NCBI RefSeq assembly: GCF_945952055.1
Contig: NZ_CAMFHB010000003.1
Span: 164,323 to 228,322 of the forward strand
Origin: an uncultured Alsobacter sp.
Lineage (GTDB): Bacteria; Pseudomonadota; Alphaproteobacteria; Rhizobiales; Beijerinckiaceae
Reading direction: 5' to 3'
Length of the DNA stretch: 64,000 nucleotides
The translations under genes and the position numbers were made by a program. The notes beneath the pieces are model-generated. The model saw only the letters and a program-made list of their open reading frames with translations. It was not told the origin of the DNA and did not search any database. This document shows positions 30,460 through 40,795 of this stretch, piece after piece (the stretch's first letter is position 1; each line of letters opens with the position of its first letter).

Positions 30460-31734
30460 TCAGGCGTGCTCGTAGGCGCGCTCGCCATGCGTCGCGAGGT
30501 CGAGGCCGTCGAACTCCTCCTCCGCGCCCACCCGCAGCGGGGTGACCGGTGCCAGGAGCCGGCAGAGCCCCTCGGTGACCGCCAGCGACCAGGCCGCCGT
30601 GACCGCGACCGCCAGCGCCTGGACGCCGAGCCCGGCGAACACGGGTCCCTCGAAGGTGCCACCCAGGGCTTTGCTGGCCAGGATGGGCAGAAGGAGGCTG
30701 CCGAGCATGCCGCCGACCCCGTGCACCGCGAAGACGTCGAGGCTGTCGTCGATGGACAAGCGCTGCTTCACGAAAAGCGTCGCCGCGAAGCAGACGGTCG
30801 CCCCCAGAACGCCGACCGCGATGGCCGCGCCCGGGCCGGCATAGCCGGCCATGGGCGTGATGGTGGCGAGCCCCGCCACGCAGCCGGTGGCGATGCCGAT
30901 GGAGGTGGGCTTGCCGATCTTGAACCATTCCGCCGCGATCCATGTCGCGGCTCCCGCGGCGGCCGCGGCGTGGGTGGCGATGATGGCGGACGCGGCCGAG
31001 CCGTCGGCCGCCAGCGCGCTTCCGCCGTTGAAGCCGAACCAGCCGACCCACAGCATGCCGGCCCCGGCCATGGTCAGTCCGGGGCTGTGCGGCGGGGTCA
31101 TGTGCTGCGGGAAGCCCTTGCGCCGGCCGATGCGGATGGCCAGCAGCAGCGCGGACACGCCCGCCGTGGTGTGGACGACGATGCCGCCCGCGAAGTCCAG
31201 GGCGCCGAGGGCGGAGAGCCAGCCGCCGCCCCACATCCAGTGCGCCACCGGGACGTAGACGAGAACCAGCCAGAGCGCCGAGAAGGCCACCACGAAGGCG
31301 AAGTTCACCCGCTCCACGAAGGCACCGACGATCAGGGCCGGTGTGATGACGGCGAAGGTCATCTGGAAGAGCGCGAAGACGTTCTCGGGAATGTGGGTGG
31401 TCCCGTAGTCGTCGGTCATGCGCGACAGGAACAGCTTTCCAAGGCCGCCGAGCAGCGGCGCCGCCCCGTCGAAGGCGAGACTGTAGCCGAACGCGATCCA
31501 AAGGAGCGAGGCGACGCAGCAGATGGCGAAGCACTGCATCATCACGGACAGCAGGTTCTTGGCCTGCACCAGCCCGCCGTAGAAGAGGGCAAGGCCGGGC
31601 AGGGTCATGAACAGGACGAGTGCCGATGCGGTGAGCAGCCAGGCGACGTGGCCTTGCGTGTCCGGACCGGCTGCATGGGCCGGCGCCATGGTGCCGAGGA
31701 GAAGGGCAAGTGCCACGGGCGCGACTGATCGCAT
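30460..31734 (-). CDS. amt: Ammonium transporter (Amt family)
   Basis: 424 aa from the Met at 31734. Signal peptide, then the Amt signature (LPGLALFYGGLV, DFAGGIVVHTTAGVSAL, VHGVGGMLG). The upstream 238 codons of the track ORF are spurious. Confidence 0.92.
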   Translation of the reverse strand: MRSVAPVALALLLGTMAPAHAAGPDTQGHVAWLLTASALVLFMTLPGLALFYGGLVQAKNLLSVMMQCFAICCVASLLWIAFGYSLAFDGAAPLLGGLGKLFLSRMTDDYGTTHIPENVFALFQMTFAVITPALIVGAFVERVNFAFVVAFSALWLVLVYVPVAHWMWGGGWLSALGALDFAGGIVVHTTAGVSALLLAIRIGRRKGFPQHMTPPHSPGLTMAGAGMLWVGWFGFNGGSALAADGSAASAIIATHAAAAAGAATWIAAEWFKIGKPTSIGIATGCVAGLATITPMAGYAGPGAAIAVGVLGATVCFAATLFVKQRLSIDDSLDVFAVHGVGGMLGSLLLPILASKALGGTFEGPVFAGLGVQALAVAVTAAWSLAVTEGLCRLLAPVTPLRVGAEEEFDGLDLATHGERAYEHA

Positions 31735-31864
31735 CCTGTGCAAAATGCCTATTAAATCACCTCTCTGTGCCTTCTCCGTGTGCGGGGTGATCGTGGCGCA
31801 GGGCGAGAGCGAAGGCATCGGAGCCCCTTTCTTGCATTCAAATCGGGCAGTGAGCTGCCGAAAA

Positions 31865-31880
31865 TGCAAGCACCTTGCCA
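31865..31880 (-). promoter_or_regulatory. Candidate sigma-54 (-24/-12) promoter for amt
   Basis: The minus strand reads TGGCAAG-GTGC-TTGCA, against the consensus TGGCACG-N4-TTGCA (one mismatch). It lies about 130 nt upstream of the amt ATG. Confidence 0.45.
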
Positions 31881-31984
31881 ACGGCTTGTGCTTTGCGGCG
31901 CCCGCGCTCCAGCTTGTCGTGCGGCCCGCATTGTCTGCGCGCCGTCTCGCACTACAGTGTCCGCAACAGACGGGAGTGGAGCGC

Positions 31985-32695
31985 ATGGCGGAGTGGCTGT
32001 CCTCGATCAAGGCTCTCACTTTCGACACCGGCGGAACGGTGCTGGACTGGCACGCGGCCCTGCACGATGCCTTCGCCCGGGCCGGGGAAAAGCACGGGCT
32101 CGCACGGGACTGGCACACGGTGGTCAACGACCATCGCCGGGGCACCATGAAGCGCATCGTCGGCCAGGTGCAGCCGAGCTTCACCATGGACGACGTGCAT
32201 CGCCGGATGGTCGACGTCGTCGCCGAGATCCACGGCCTGGACGCCTTCACCCCGGACGACCGCGACGACATCGCCGCGGCCTGGCACCGCGCCGCATGCT
32301 GGCCGGATTTCCTGCCCGCGCTGGCTCGCCTGCGCGCGCGGCTGCCCTGCGTGTCGTTCACGCTGCTGCCCGTGCGCCTGATCCTGGACGTGTCGCGGCG
32401 CAACGGCTTCGCCTGGGACATGGTCGTGTCGTGCGAGATGATCGGCATCTACAAGTCCGACCAGCGCGCCTACGCGACCTGCGCGAGGTGGCTTCAGTTC
32501 GAGCCCTCCGAGCTCCTCATGGTCGCCTGCCACAACTTCGACCTGGATGCCGCCAAGAAGGCCGGCTACCGGACCGCCTTCATCCGCCGTCCGGACGAAT
32601 GGGGGCCCGCCGGGCCACCCGACCCCAAGCCCAACCCGATCCACGACCTGGTGTTCGACAGATTTTCAGAGTTGGCGGACGCGCTGGGGTGCTGA
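31985..32695 (+). CDS. HAD-superfamily hydrolase, haloacid dehalogenase type II-like
   Basis: 236 aa from the ATG at 31985. Motif I-like FDTGGTVLDW, plus the later K and D(LD)AAKKAG motifs. Confidence 0.75.
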   Translation: MAEWLSSIKALTFDTGGTVLDWHAALHDAFARAGEKHGLARDWHTVVNDHRRGTMKRIVGQVQPSFTMDDVHRRMVDVVAEIHGLDAFTPDDRDDIAAAWHRAACWPDFLPALARLRARLPCVSFTLLPVRLILDVSRRNGFAWDMVVSCEMIGIYKSDQRAYATCARWLQFEPSELLMVACHNFDLDAAKKAGYRTAFIRRPDEWGPAGPPDPKPNPIHDLVFDRFSELADALGC

Positions 32696-32755
32696 GCGGC
32701 CCGGGGCAGGGCTTGCAAACCGAAGGTCGGAACGCGGCCGCGAGGCGCTCCACGC

Positions 32756-33496
32756 TCAGGCGTAGTCGACGCCCGTGAGGTAGAGCCCACTCGGCGGGGC
32801 AAGGGGGCCGCAGCGGGTGCGGTCGCGGGCTTCGAGCGCGTCGCGCAGGTCGCCGACCGTCCAGCGGCCGGAGCCGACGAGTTGCAGGCAACCCACCATG
32901 GAGCGGACCTGGTGGTGCAGGAAGGACCGGGCCGAGGCATGGACGCGGATGTCGTCGCCGATCCGCTCCACGTCGAACCGGTCGAGGGTCTTCACGGGGC
33001 TGGCCGCCTGGCATTCGGCGGCGCGGAAGGTGGTGAAGTCGTGCTTGCCGACGAGCACCTGCGCGGCCTCGTGCATCAGGGCGGCGTCGAGCCCCCACTT
33101 CACCGACCAGGCGCGGTTCGCGTCGAGCGCGAGCGGGGCCCGGCGGTTGACGATGCGATAGATGTAGTGGCGCTTGCGCGCCGACATCCGGGCGTTGAAG
33201 TCATCGCCCACCAGGGTGGCGGACAGGATCGCGACCGGATGGGGCTTGGCGTGGGCGTTGATCGCGTCGCGCACCGTGTCCGTCGGCCAATCGCGCGCCA
33301 GGTCCACATGCGCCACCTGGCCCGTGGCATGGACGCCCGTGTCGGTGCGGCCGGCGCCCTGGATCCGCGCGGTCTCGCCGGAAAAGGCCAGGATCGCCTC
33401 CTCGATGACGCCCTGCACGGTGATGCCGGTCGCCTGGTACTGCCACCCGAAGAAGGGCGTCCCGTCATACTCGACGACGAGCTTGTAGCGCGGCAT
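32756..33496 (-). CDS. truA: tRNA pseudouridine(38-40) synthase
   Basis: [10 protein letters not shown] and [14 protein letters not shown] (catalytic Asp). Overlaps the fmt stop by 1 nt. Confidence 0.93.
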   Translation of the reverse strand: MPRYKLVVEYDGTPFFGWQYQATGITVQGVIEEAILAFSGETARIQGAGRTDTGVHATGQVAHVDLARDWPTDTVRDAINAHAKPHPVAILSATLVGDDFNARMSARKRHYIYRIVNRRAPLALDANRAWSVKWGLDAALMHEAAQVLVGKHDFTTFRAAECQAASPVKTLDRFDVERIGDDIRVHASARSFLHHQVRSMVGCLQLVGSGRWTVGDLRDALEARDRTRCGPLAPPSGLYLTGVDYA

Positions 33497-34428
33497 CAGC
33501 CGAGCCTCGTGCCGGGCGGGACGGGCACGCCGCGCAGGAAGTCCGAGGCCGGCATCGGCTTGCCGCCGCTGCGCTGCACCTGGAGCAACCGCACCGCGCC
33601 GTCGCCGCAGGCGACCGTAAGCTGGCCGTCGAGCGTGGTACCCGGTTCGCCCCGGCCCTGGGCGCGTGCCGTGCGCAGCACCTTCAGGCGCTCGGGGCCC
33701 TTGCCGAGGTCGATGGTCGTGAAGGCCCCCGGGAACGGCGACAGCCCGCGCACCAGGTCGTGCACGGCGCCGGCCGGCCGCGACCAGTCGACCAGGGCTT
33801 CCTCGTTGGTGATCTTGGCCGCATAGGTCACGCCCTCCGCCGGCTGCGGCGTGAAGACGAGCCCGCCGCGCGATAGCGCAGGGAGCGCCCGGACCATGAG
33901 GTCGGCCCCGATGGTGGCGAGCTTGTCGTGCAGTTCGCCCGCCGTGAGATCCGGGCCGATCGCCACGCGCTCGACCATGGCCACGGGGCCGGTGTCGAGA
34001 CCCTTCTCCATCTGCATGACGGCGACGCCGGTCTCGGCATCGCCCGCGATCACCGCGCGCTGGATCGGCGCGGCGCCGCGCCAGCGGGGCAGGAGTGAGG
34101 CGTGGAGGTTGAGGCAGCCGAGGTCGGGGGCGGCGAGGATCGGCTCGGGCAGGATCATGCCGTAGGCGACGACCACAGCGACGTCCGCCTGGTGCGCCGC
34201 GAAGGCCTCCGCGGCGTCCGCGCTGCGCAGGGTGGCAGGCGTCAGCACCGGGATGCCGAACCCCTGCGCCGCCGCGTGGACGGGCGAGGGGCGCTCGGCC
34301 ATGCCGCGGCCGGCGCGGGCCGGCGCGCGCGTGTAGGCGGCCACCACCTCGTGACCCTGGCCGACGATCTCCGAGAGCGTCGGCACGGCGAAGTCGGGCG
34401 TGCCCATGAAGACGACGCGCAGCGTCAT
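33496..34428 (-). CDS. fmt: Methionyl-tRNA formyltransferase
   Basis: [12 protein letters not shown] and [19 protein letters not shown] motifs. Confidence 0.95.
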   Translation of the reverse strand: MTLRVVFMGTPDFAVPTLSEIVGQGHEVVAAYTRAPARAGRGMAERPSPVHAAAQGFGIPVLTPATLRSADAAEAFAAHQADVAVVVAYGMILPEPILAAPDLGCLNLHASLLPRWRGAAPIQRAVIAGDAETGVAVMQMEKGLDTGPVAMVERVAIGPDLTAGELHDKLATIGADLMVRALPALSRGGLVFTPQPAEGVTYAAKITNEEALVDWSRPAGAVHDLVRGLSPFPGAFTTIDLGKGPERLKVLRTARAQGRGEPGTTLDGQLTVACGDGAVRLLQVQRSGGKPMPASDFLRGVPVPPGTRLG

Positions 34429-34465
34429 GCCGGGCTCCTTTGCGGGGGCAAGAGCCCGCCGCGTG

Positions 34466-34984
34466 TCAGAGTTCGTGCTCGCGCTTGGCTGCCTTGGCGA
34501 ACTTCTTCACCACGCGGTCGCGCTTGAGCTTGGAGATGTGGTCGATGAAGAGCTTGCCGTGCAGGTGGTCGATCTCGTGCTGCAGGCATGTCGCCAGCAG
34601 GCCGTCCGCCTCGATCTCGCATGCGGCGCCCTCGCGGTCCGTGAACCGCACGCGCACCTTCGCCGGCCGCTCCACCTCCTCGTAGTATTCGGGGATGGAC
34701 AGGCAGCCTTCCTCGTAGACCGACAGCTCGGGCGAACTCCACACGATCTCGGGGTTGATCAAGGCGATCGGCGTCTTGGGCTCCTCGGCCTTGGCGACGT
34801 CGATCGTGACGACCCGCTGCGGGACGCCGACCTGGATCGCCGCGAGCCCGATGCCCGGCGCGTCGTACATGGTCGCGAACATGTCGTCGATCAGGGCGCG
34901 GATCTCCGGCGTCACCTTCGGGACGGTCTCGGAGACGAGGCGCAGCTTGGGATCGGGCAGGATGATGATGGGTCGGATCGTCAT
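34466..34984 (-). CDS. def: Peptide deformylase
   Basis: [15 protein letters not shown] and QHEIDHL metal-binding motifs. Start at the Met at 34984. Confidence 0.95.
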   Translation of the reverse strand: MTIRPIIILPDPKLRLVSETVPKVTPEIRALIDDMFATMYDAPGIGLAAIQVGVPQRVVTIDVAKAEEPKTPIALINPEIVWSSPELSVYEEGCLSIPEYYEEVERPAKVRVRFTDREGAACEIEADGLLATCLQHEIDHLHGKLFIDHISKLKRDRVVKKFAKAAKREHEL

Positions 34985-35073
34985 GCCGGTGCCAATACTG
35001 GCTCGCCGCGCGCGGGTCAAATTGTTCCGGGTCCGTTCTCGCGTCGCGTTCGAATCGTCGGTACAGTGCGGCG

Positions 35074-36285
35074 ATGGACAAGGTGCTTCTCGTCGTCGGC
35101 GGGGTTCCCGTCACCCTCGCGTGGACCATGCTGGGCCTGCTCGCCCTGCTGGTGCTGCTCGGGATGGTGACCGCGGGGCGTGTCGCCCGCGGCGCGCGCG
35201 AGCGGGCCGCCGAGGCCGCGCTGATGGCGGAACGCCAGCGCGAGATCGACGACAAGATGGCCGAGCTCGGCCGCATCCAGTCCGAAATGACCGGCCGCAT
35301 GCAGACCATCGGCGAGGTCTTCGGCAACCGCCAGGCCGACCTGGTGCGCCTGCTCGCCGAGCGGCTGGACGTGCTGCAGCGGCGCGTCGGCGAAGGCCTG
35401 ACCCAGAACGTGCAGCAGACGACCGAGAACCTGTCGAAGCTCAACGAGCGCCTGGCCGTCATCGATGCCGCGCAGAAGCGGCTCAGCGACCTCACCGGCG
35501 AGGTGCTGACGCTGAAGGACGTGCTGTCAAACAAGCAGGCGCGCGGCGCCTTCGGGCAGGGTCGGATGGAGGCGATCGTGCGCGACGCGCTCCCGCCGGG
35601 CGCCTACGCGTTCCAGGCGACCCTGTCGAACGGGCGCAGGCCGGACTGCATCATCCATCTGCCGGGCGACGAGCGGCCGCTGGTGGTCGACGCCAAGTTC
35701 CCGCTGGAGGGCTTCACGGCGTTTCGCGAGGCGCAGGGAGAAGAGGCCCGCCGGTCCGCCATGGCGCGGGTGCGTGGCGACGTGTCCGCCCATGTGAAGG
35801 ACGTCGCCGAGAAATACCTCCTCGCCGGCGAGACCCAGGACATCGCCATCCTGTTCGTCCCCGCCGAGTCGCTGTTCGCCGACCTGCAGGAGCATTTCGA
35901 GGACGTCGTGCAGAAGGCGCACAGGTCCCGGGTGCTCATCGTGTCGCCGGCTCTCCTCACCATGGCGATCCAGGTCATGCAGGCGATCGTGCGCGATGCC
36001 AGGATGCGGGAGCAGGCGCACGTGATTCAGGCCGAGGTGACGCGCCTCGTCGACGACGTACGGCGGCTGCGCGACCGCGTGGGCAAGCTCGACGGCCACT
36101 TCCGGCAGGTGGGCGAGGACGTCTCCGGCATCGTCACGTCCGCCGACAAGATCCTGAAGCGGGGTGAACGCATCGAGGCGATGGAGTTCGAGGCCGGCAA
36201 CGCGCCGGTTGCCGCGAAGGACCCCGTGGCCGCACCGGACGACCTGATGCCCAACCCGCTCGGGCGCCCCGCCGCGGCGGAATGA
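35074..36285 (+). CDS. rmuC: DNA recombination protein RmuC
   Basis: N-terminal TM segment, a long coiled-coil, and a C-terminal RmuC nuclease-like region ([22 protein letters not shown]). Confidence 0.9.
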   Translation: MDKVLLVVGGVPVTLAWTMLGLLALLVLLGMVTAGRVARGARERAAEAALMAERQREIDDKMAELGRIQSEMTGRMQTIGEVFGNRQADLVRLLAERLDVLQRRVGEGLTQNVQQTTENLSKLNERLAVIDAAQKRLSDLTGEVLTLKDVLSNKQARGAFGQGRMEAIVRDALPPGAYAFQATLSNGRRPDCIIHLPGDERPLVVDAKFPLEGFTAFREAQGEEARRSAMARVRGDVSAHVKDVAEKYLLAGETQDIAILFVPAESLFADLQEHFEDVVQKAHRSRVLIVSPALLTMAIQVMQAIVRDARMREQAHVIQAEVTRLVDDVRRLRDRVGKLDGHFRQVGEDVSGIVTSADKILKRGERIEAMEFEAGNAPVAAKDPVAAPDDLMPNPLGRPAAAE

Positions 36286-36327
36286 AACGTGCTACCCCGG
36301 CCAGGACCCCGATCGGACACCCGACTG

Positions 36328-37665
36328 ATGCGCCTCTGGATCAAGACACCGCTCGCCATCCTCGCCACCGATGCCGGCGGGGGTCTCGTCGTCGAGGACG
36401 GCCGGATCGCCGAACTGGTGCGGGCGGGGGCCGCGCCGCGCGATCCGGTGGACGAGATCTTCGACGCCTCGCGCCACGTTGTGCTGCCAGGGCTCGTCAA
36501 CACGCACCACCATTTCTACCAGACCCTGACGCGGGCCCATCCCCAGGCCATCAACAAGGAGCTGTTTCCCTGGCTCCAGGCGCTCTACCCGATCTGGGCT
36601 TGTCTCGACCCCGAGACGTTCCGCCTGAGCGTGCGCCTCGCCCTGGTCGAATTGCTGCTGTCCGGCTGCACCACGGCGGCCGACCACCATTACCTGTTCC
36701 CGGCCGGGCTCGAGGACGCCATCGACATCGAGGTCGAGGAAGCGCTCGCGCTGGGCGTGCGCATGACCGTGACCCGCGGCTCGATGAACCTGTCGCAGAA
36801 GGACGGCGGACTGCCGCCCGACAGCGTCGTCCAGGACGAGGACACGATCCTCTCCGACAGCGAGCGGCTGCTGGGGCGCTACCACGACCGCTCCGAGGGC
36901 GCGATGATCCAGGTGGCGCTGGCGCCGTGCTCGCCCTTCTCCGTCACCAAGCGCCTGATGGCGGAAAGCGCCCGGCTCGCCGAGCGCCACGACGCGCGGC
37001 TGCACACCCATCTCGCCGAGACGAAGGACGAGGACGCCTTCTGCCAGTCGGTCTACGGCTGCCGGCCGCTCGAGCTTCTCGAGGAGGTGGGCTGGCTCGG
37101 GCCACGCACCTGGCTCGCCCACGGCATCCACTTCACCTGCGACGAGTGCGGCACGCTCGGCGGCCACGGCGTCGGCGTGTGCCATTGCCCGACCTCGAAC
37201 GCGGTGCTGGCCTCCGGCTTCTGCAAGACACGCGAACTCGAGGCGGCCGGCGCCCCGGTCGGCCTCGGCGTCGACGGATCGGCGTCCAACGACAGCTCCA
37301 ACCTCATGGAGGGCGTGCGCCACGCGGTGATGGTGAACCGGCTGCACTACGGATCGGCCTCCGCCGTGACGCATCACGACGCCTTCCGCTGGGCGACGGA
37401 GGGCTCCGCGCGGTGCCTCGGACGCTCCGACATCGGGCGCATCGCCCCGGGGCTGCAGGCCGACCTGGCGTTCTTCACGCTCGACGACCTGCGCTTCTCC
37501 GGCGCGCACGATCCCCTGGCCGCGCTGGCGCTGTGCGGCGCCCATCGCGCGGACCGGGTCATGGTGGCCGGGCGCTGGCGCGTGCAGGACGGCCTGCCGC
37601 TGGGCCTGGACATCGCCGAGCTCCGGCGTCTGCACGGAGCCGCGGCGAAGCGGTTCGGATCATGA
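36328..37665 (+). CDS. 8-oxoguanine deaminase-like amidohydrolase
   Basis: Amidohydrolase metal motif NTHHHFYQ, plus HLAE and GVDGSASND. The N-terminus MRLWIKTPLAI...GGLVVEDGRI is typical of this subfamily. Confidence 0.78.
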   Translation: MRLWIKTPLAILATDAGGGLVVEDGRIAELVRAGAAPRDPVDEIFDASRHVVLPGLVNTHHHFYQTLTRAHPQAINKELFPWLQALYPIWACLDPETFRLSVRLALVELLLSGCTTAADHHYLFPAGLEDAIDIEVEEALALGVRMTVTRGSMNLSQKDGGLPPDSVVQDEDTILSDSERLLGRYHDRSEGAMIQVALAPCSPFSVTKRLMAESARLAERHDARLHTHLAETKDEDAFCQSVYGCRPLELLEEVGWLGPRTWLAHGIHFTCDECGTLGGHGVGVCHCPTSNAVLASGFCKTRELEAAGAPVGLGVDGSASNDSSNLMEGVRHAVMVNRLHYGSASAVTHHDAFRWATEGSARCLGRSDIGRIAPGLQADLAFFTLDDLRFSGAHDPLAALALCGAHRADRVMVAGRWRVQDGLPLGLDIAELRRLHGAAAKRFGS

Positions 37666-37728
37666 GGAAGCAGCGACGGCGTGCCGGTCCGGCTTGTCAT
37701 TCCCGTCCCGATGCACGATATAGGGCCC

Positions 37729-37822
37729 GGGAGGTTGGCGGTGGACGTTCCACTCGCCAACCGGGTCAGGTCCGGAAGGAAGCAGCCCTAACGAGATCGG
37801 GCGGGTCTCTGTCCAGCCTCCC
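37729..37822 (+). ncRNA. ffs: Signal recognition particle RNA (4.5S-type)
   Basis: Contains the conserved domain IV core GGUCAGGUCCGGAAGGAAGCAGCC (compare E. coli 4.5S CCAGGUCAGGUCCGGAAGGAAGCAGCC). The 5' GGGAGG (37729-37734) pairs with the 3' CCUCCC (37817-37822). It sits immediately upstream of dnaX, a common arrangement. Ends are approximate. Confidence 0.8.
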
Positions 37823-37882
37823 ACCGCGCCGCCCGGCTTCGGCCGGACCCCGGCCCGGATCCGGGCCTGCAAGCAGGGCCCG

Positions 37883-39730
37883 ATGAGCGACGACAGCCTT
37901 CCCCACAGCGATGACGGTGCGCAGGCCCTGTTCCCGGGCCTTCCCGCGGCCCAGCCCGCCGGCGGCTACCGGGTGCTGGCGCGCAAGTACCGTCCGCAGA
38001 CCTTCGAGGACCTGATCGGCCAGGACGCGATGGTGCGCACGCTGCGCAACGCGTTCCAGTCGGGCCGTATCCCGCAGGCCTGGATCCTCACCGGGGTCCG
38101 CGGAGTGGGCAAGACGACGACGGCCCGCATCCTGGCCCGGGGCCTCAACTACCTGATGCCTGACGGCTCGGGCGGACCCACCGTCGACATGCCGGTCGAG
38201 GGCGTGCATTGCCGCGCCATCATGGAATCGCGCCATGTCGACGTGCTGGAGATGGACGCGGCGTCCCACACCGGCATCGACGACGTGAAGCAGATCACCG
38301 ACGGCGTGCGCTACGCGCCGGCCTCGGCCCGCTACAAGGTCTACATCATCGACGAGGTCCACATGCTCTCGGAGAAGGCGTTCAACGCCTTCCTGAAGAC
38401 GCTCGAGGAGCCGCCGCCCCACGCCAAGTTCGTTTTCGCCACCACCGAGATCCGCAAGGTCCCGGTGACGATCCTGTCGCGCTGCCAACGCTTCGACCTG
38501 CGCCGGATCGAGGCTTCCACGCTCATCGGCCACCTCGGCCGCATCTGCGAGAAGGAGGGCGTGTCGATCGAGGCGGAGGCGCTCGCGCTCATCGCCCGCG
38601 CGGCGGAGGGGTCCGCGCGCGACTCGCTCTCGCTGCTCGACCAGGCGATCGCCCATGGCGCGGGCCGGATCGACGTCGATACCGTGCGGTCGATGCTCGG
38701 GCTCGCCGACCGGGCGCGCGTGATCGACCTGTTCGAAGCCGTGATGAAGGGCGACGCCGCGACGGCGCTGCGGGAACTGCGCGATCAGTACGATTCGGGA
38801 GCCGACCCCGTCGTCGTCCTCACCGACCTCGCCGAGTTCGTGCACCTCGTCACCCGCCTCAAGGTCGTGCCCGACGGCAACCGCGACTCGGCCGTCACCG
38901 AGGTGGAGCGGACGCGCGGGCGGGAGTTCACGGTCCTGCCCATGCGCATCCTGTCGCGCGCCTGGCAGATGCTGAGCCGTGGCATCGGCGAGGTGCAGGC
39001 CTCGCCGCGGCCCATCGCGGCGGCCGAGATGGTCCTGATCAGGCTGACCTTTGCGGCCGACCTCCCGACGCCGGACGAGGCGCTGAAGGCGCTGGCGTCC
39101 GGAGGCGCGGTGGCGGGCGGTTCGCCGGCTCCCTCGGGTGGCGGAGGCGGCGGAGGCGCCCGTGCCGTGAGTGGCGGCGGCGCCACGCTTTCGGTGGCCT
39201 CGCGCGCCGAACCGGCGCCCGCCCCGCGGCCGGCCCAGGACGCGGCACCCGGGATCCGGCTCGCCAGGTTCGAGGATCTCGTGGCCCTCGCCGGCGAGAA
39301 GCGGGACATCGCGATCCGCATCGCGCTGGAGCGGGACGTTCGTCTCGTGCGCTTCGAGGACGGGAGACTGGAATTCGCCGCGGAACCGGGTGCGTCGCCG
39401 ACGCTGGCCTCCGAGCTGTCCAAGCGCTTGCAGGAGTGGACCGGGCGGCGCTGGATCGTCGCGCTGTCGTCGGATCCCGGGCAGCAGACGCTGCGGGAAA
39501 AGCAGGACGCCGAGGCGGCCGAGCGGCTCACCGGCATCCGCGCCGATCCCCTGGTGCGGGCCGTGCTGGCGCGCTTTCCCGGCGCCGAAATCGTCGCCGT
39601 GCGCGACATTGCCGAGGAGACGGCCGGCGACGCGCCGGAGACCGGCTCGGACGTTCCAGCCGAACCGCCGATCGACGACGACGGCTACGACTTCGAAGGT
39701 CTCGACCTCGAGGGTTTCGACGACCGCTGA
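37883..39730 (+). CDS. dnaX: DNA polymerase III subunit gamma/tau
   Basis: AAA+ clamp-loader motifs (GVRGVGKTTTARILA, YIIDEVHML, SRCQRFDL), a Gly/Ala/Pro-rich linker and an acidic C-terminus. Confidence 0.95.
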   Translation: MSDDSLPHSDDGAQALFPGLPAAQPAGGYRVLARKYRPQTFEDLIGQDAMVRTLRNAFQSGRIPQAWILTGVRGVGKTTTARILARGLNYLMPDGSGGPTVDMPVEGVHCRAIMESRHVDVLEMDAASHTGIDDVKQITDGVRYAPASARYKVYIIDEVHMLSEKAFNAFLKTLEEPPPHAKFVFATTEIRKVPVTILSRCQRFDLRRIEASTLIGHLGRICEKEGVSIEAEALALIARAAEGSARDSLSLLDQAIAHGAGRIDVDTVRSMLGLADRARVIDLFEAVMKGDAATALRELRDQYDSGADPVVVLTDLAEFVHLVTRLKVVPDGNRDSAVTEVERTRGREFTVLPMRILSRAWQMLSRGIGEVQASPRPIAAAEMVLIRLTFAADLPTPDEALKALASGGAVAGGSPAPSGGGGGGGARAVSGGGATLSVASRAEPAPAPRPAQDAAPGIRLARFEDLVALAGEKRDIAIRIALERDVRLVRFEDGRLEFAAEPGASPTLASELSKRLQEWTGRRWIVALSSDPGQQTLREKQDAEAAERLTGIRADPLVRAVLARFPGAEIVAVRDIAEETAGDAPETGSDVPAEPPIDDDGYDFEGLDLEGFDDR

Positions 39731-39754
39731 CATCCATGGCCTGGGAGTGACGCC

Positions 39755-40075
39755 GTGAAAGACATCATGGGCATGATGAAGAAGGTGCAGGAGATGCAGT
39801 CCAAGATGACTGCCCTGCAGGACGAGATGGAACGCACCGAGGTCGAGGGTGCCGCTGGCGGCGGCATGGTGAAGGTCGTCGCGACCGCCAAGGGCGCCGT
39901 GAAGAGCGTCGCGATCGACGAGAGCCTGATGAAGCCCGAGGACAAGGAAATCCTCGAGGACCTGCTCGTGGCCGCCCTCAACGACGCCCGCACGCGCGGC
40001 GAGCGCACCATGCAGGAGAAGATGTCGGCGCTGACGGCCGGGCTGCCGATCCCGCCCGGGATGAAGCTGTTCTGA
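39755..40075 (+). CDS. ybaB: Nucleoid-associated protein YbaB/EbfC
   Basis: About 106 aa with [12 protein letters not shown]...GGGMVKV...G. Conserved dnaX-ybaB-recR order. The start (GTG 39755 or a nearby ATG) is uncertain. Confidence 0.92.
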   Translation: MKDIMGMMKKVQEMQSKMTALQDEMERTEVEGAAGGGMVKVVATAKGAVKSVAIDESLMKPEDKEILEDLLVAALNDARTRGERTMQEKMSALTAGLPIPPGMKLF

Positions 40076-40085
40076 TCCTTCCGCC

Positions 40086-40688
40086 ATGGCCTCCGTCACC
40101 GGTCCCGAGATCGAGCGCCTGATCCAGCTCCTGGCCAAGCTGCCGGGGCTCGGACCCCGCTCGGCCCGCCGTGCCGCGCTGCATCTCATCAAGAAGCGCG
40201 AGCAGCTTCTCGCGCCGCTGGGCGAGGCGATGCGCGTGGCGGCCGAACGCATCGTCGTGTGCGGAACCTGCGGCAACGTGGACACAGCGGACCCTTGCGC
40301 GGTCTGCGCCGATCCGCGCCGCGAGGAGACGATCCTCGTGGTCGTCGAGGACGTGTCGGACCTCTGGGCGCTGGAGCGTGCCCAGGTGATCAAGGCGCGC
40401 TACCACGTGCTCGGCGGCACCCTGTCCGCCCTCGACGGCGTCGGCCCGAAGGACCTCAACCTCGATCGGCTCGTCGCGCGCGTGGCCGGGGGCGGCGTGA
40501 AGGAAGTGATCCTCGCGCTGAACGCCACGGTCGACGGCCAGACGACGGCCCATTACGTGACCGACCTCCTGACGCCGCACGGTGTCTCCGTGACGCGCCT
40601 GGCGCACGGCGTGCCGGTCGGCGGCGAACTCGAGTACCTGGACGAGGGCACGCTCGCGGCGGCCCTGCGGCAGCGCACCGCGCTCTGA
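40086..40688 (+). CDS. recR: Recombination protein RecR
   Basis: HhH motif [11 protein letters not shown], a C4 zinc finger (CGTCGNV...CAVC) and a Toprim domain. Confidence 0.96.
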   Translation: MASVTGPEIERLIQLLAKLPGLGPRSARRAALHLIKKREQLLAPLGEAMRVAAERIVVCGTCGNVDTADPCAVCADPRREETILVVVEDVSDLWALERAQVIKARYHVLGGTLSALDGVGPKDLNLDRLVARVAGGGVKEVILALNATVDGQTTAHYVTDLLTPHGVSVTRLAHGVPVGGELEYLDEGTLAAALRQRTAL

Positions 40689-40795
40689 GGGGCGCGTCCA
40701 GGCTCCTTGCGGTCCCCCGTCGAGACACCGTGATCCGGGGCCGATTGTGCTGCCCCGTCCGGCTTCCTAGGATGGCGGCAAATCGGAGGATCCCC

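Noticed and set aside
31884-31898. Plus-strand GG-N10-GC spacing (CGGCTTGTGCTTTGCG) that could be a sigma-54 promoter for the HAD hydrolase gene
   Set aside because: A poor match to the TGGCAC/TTGCA flanks. The much better match on the opposite strand a few nt away explains the local sequence.
31735-32448. 238-codon N-terminal extension of the amt ORF
   Set aside because: The extension overlaps the divergent HAD hydrolase gene and the promoter region. A canonical signal peptide and Amt sequence begin at the Met at 31734.
37883-39730. Possible programmed -1 frameshift site in dnaX (E. coli-type A AAA AAG)
   Set aside because: I found no A-rich slippery heptamer in the gene. Alphaproteobacteria are reported to generate the short form by proteolysis instead.
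37766-40393. 875-aa minus-strand ORF across dnaX/ybaB/recR
   Set aside because: Antisense shadow ORF spanning three well-supported genes, an intergenic gap, and the 3' end of ffs. No motifs.
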